Shown in pieces: positions 14,576 through 15,054 of a stretch of 15,054 nt of DNA. The stretch lies in NCBI GenBank assembly GCA_033442325.1, contig JAWQFM010000032.1, positions 774,002 to 789,055 of the forward strand, in the 5' to 3' direction. A program made the translations under genes and the position numbers. Below the pieces are notes generated by a model. The model did not search any database. It saw only the letters and a list, made by a program, of their open reading frames with translations, and was not told where the DNA came from. Every line of letters begins with the position of its first letter. Position 1 is the first letter of the stretch. This DNA comes from Salpingoeca rosetta (lineage: Eukaryota; Protista; Choanoflagellata).

Positions 14576-14735
14576 GCACGCACACACGCACACTCACTCA
14601 CTGACTCACTCACGCACTCACATAGAATGCTGGCTTCTTGCAGTGACAGCAGTTGTGGATTGCGTCAGGAAAGCGCTGTCGGATGTCTCTCTCGAGCTCA
14701 AGGATGGCACGCGCGCCCAGCACGTAGTTGCCGTT
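13688..14735 (-). CDS. NSE1: NSE1/NSMCE1 (non-SMC element 1 of SMC5/6, RING-variant subunit), last three exons; 5' part runs off the window
   Basis: Exons 14735-14622, 14426-14335 and 14030-13688, all AG/GT bounded, phases 0/0/2, no lesions. Translation: NGNYVLGARAILELERDIRQRFPDAIHNCCHCKKPAFY|RSSCPNEECSAVSHFQCHINFVAKFREDRQR|GLKCRQCGERW...RTRR*. Matches the recalled NSE1 pattern RAILE(L/M)E..IR...PDA followed by the C4HC3 finger CxxC..C..C..HxxC..CxxCxxxW. Confidence 0.9.
14500..14621. repeat. Compound (CA)n/(CACG)n/(CACT)n intronic repeat
   Basis: On the minus strand a GT-rich tract directly following NSE1 donor 14621. Confidence 0.93.
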
Positions 14736-14862
14736 CTGCTCACATAGTTGGTAGCGAATGCAGACAAGAGCACAGGTGAAATGGGAGCGCACGATGCAGG
14801 CAGCGTGTTGGGAGACGACAGTGGCACGCAACTTGTGAACACAGAGCAAACAGAACCACATA

Positions 14863-15054
14863 CGCACGTGCGCACACACGCACGCACACACACGCACACA
14901 CACACACATACACACGCACACACACACACACACAACACAAACAACTAACGTACAACACACAACAACAACAACGCACACACACACACACAACAACAACAAC
15001 GCACACACACACGCACACGCACACACACTAACTAACGCACACACACACACACAA
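14863..15054. repeat. Degenerate (CA)n/(CAA)n intronic repeat
   Basis: CA-rich low-complexity tract running to the window end, within an NSE1 intron. Confidence 0.9.

Noticed and set aside
14736-14831. In-frame upstream extension of the NSE1 exon (LRATVVSQHAAC...)
   Set aside because: It has no resemblance to NSE1 as I recall it, and a good CAG acceptor lies at 14736-14738; treated as intron.

Overview
Eukaryotic, intron-dense genomic DNA saturated with microsatellites and interrupted by three assembly gaps. Short exons sit between (GT)n/(CA)n-rich spliceosomal introns, a style suggesting a choanoflagellate such as Salpingoeca (inference, not proven). Almost all supplied ORFs are microsatellite artefacts, and genes only emerge by splicing exons by hand. 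(1) A + strand exostosin/EXT-like GT47 glycosyltransferase gene (~1484-7446, ~20 exons). Its catalytic-domain exons carry about a dozen frame or splice lesions, mostly 1-nt indels in short homopolymers, so it is either poor consensus sequence or a pseudogene. (2) A + strand multi-exon gene of unknown function ending at 12873 in a CaaX box (CSLM*). (3) The intact 3' three exons of a - strand NSE1/NSMCE1 gene (SMC5/6 RING subunit) with an acidic/basic C-terminal extension. (4) Possible exons of a - strand gene at the left edge. I see no RNA gene, CRISPR array or mobile element, and no clear evidence for a new biological system. The lesioned GT47 gene and the intron repeat polarity most deserve follow-up.
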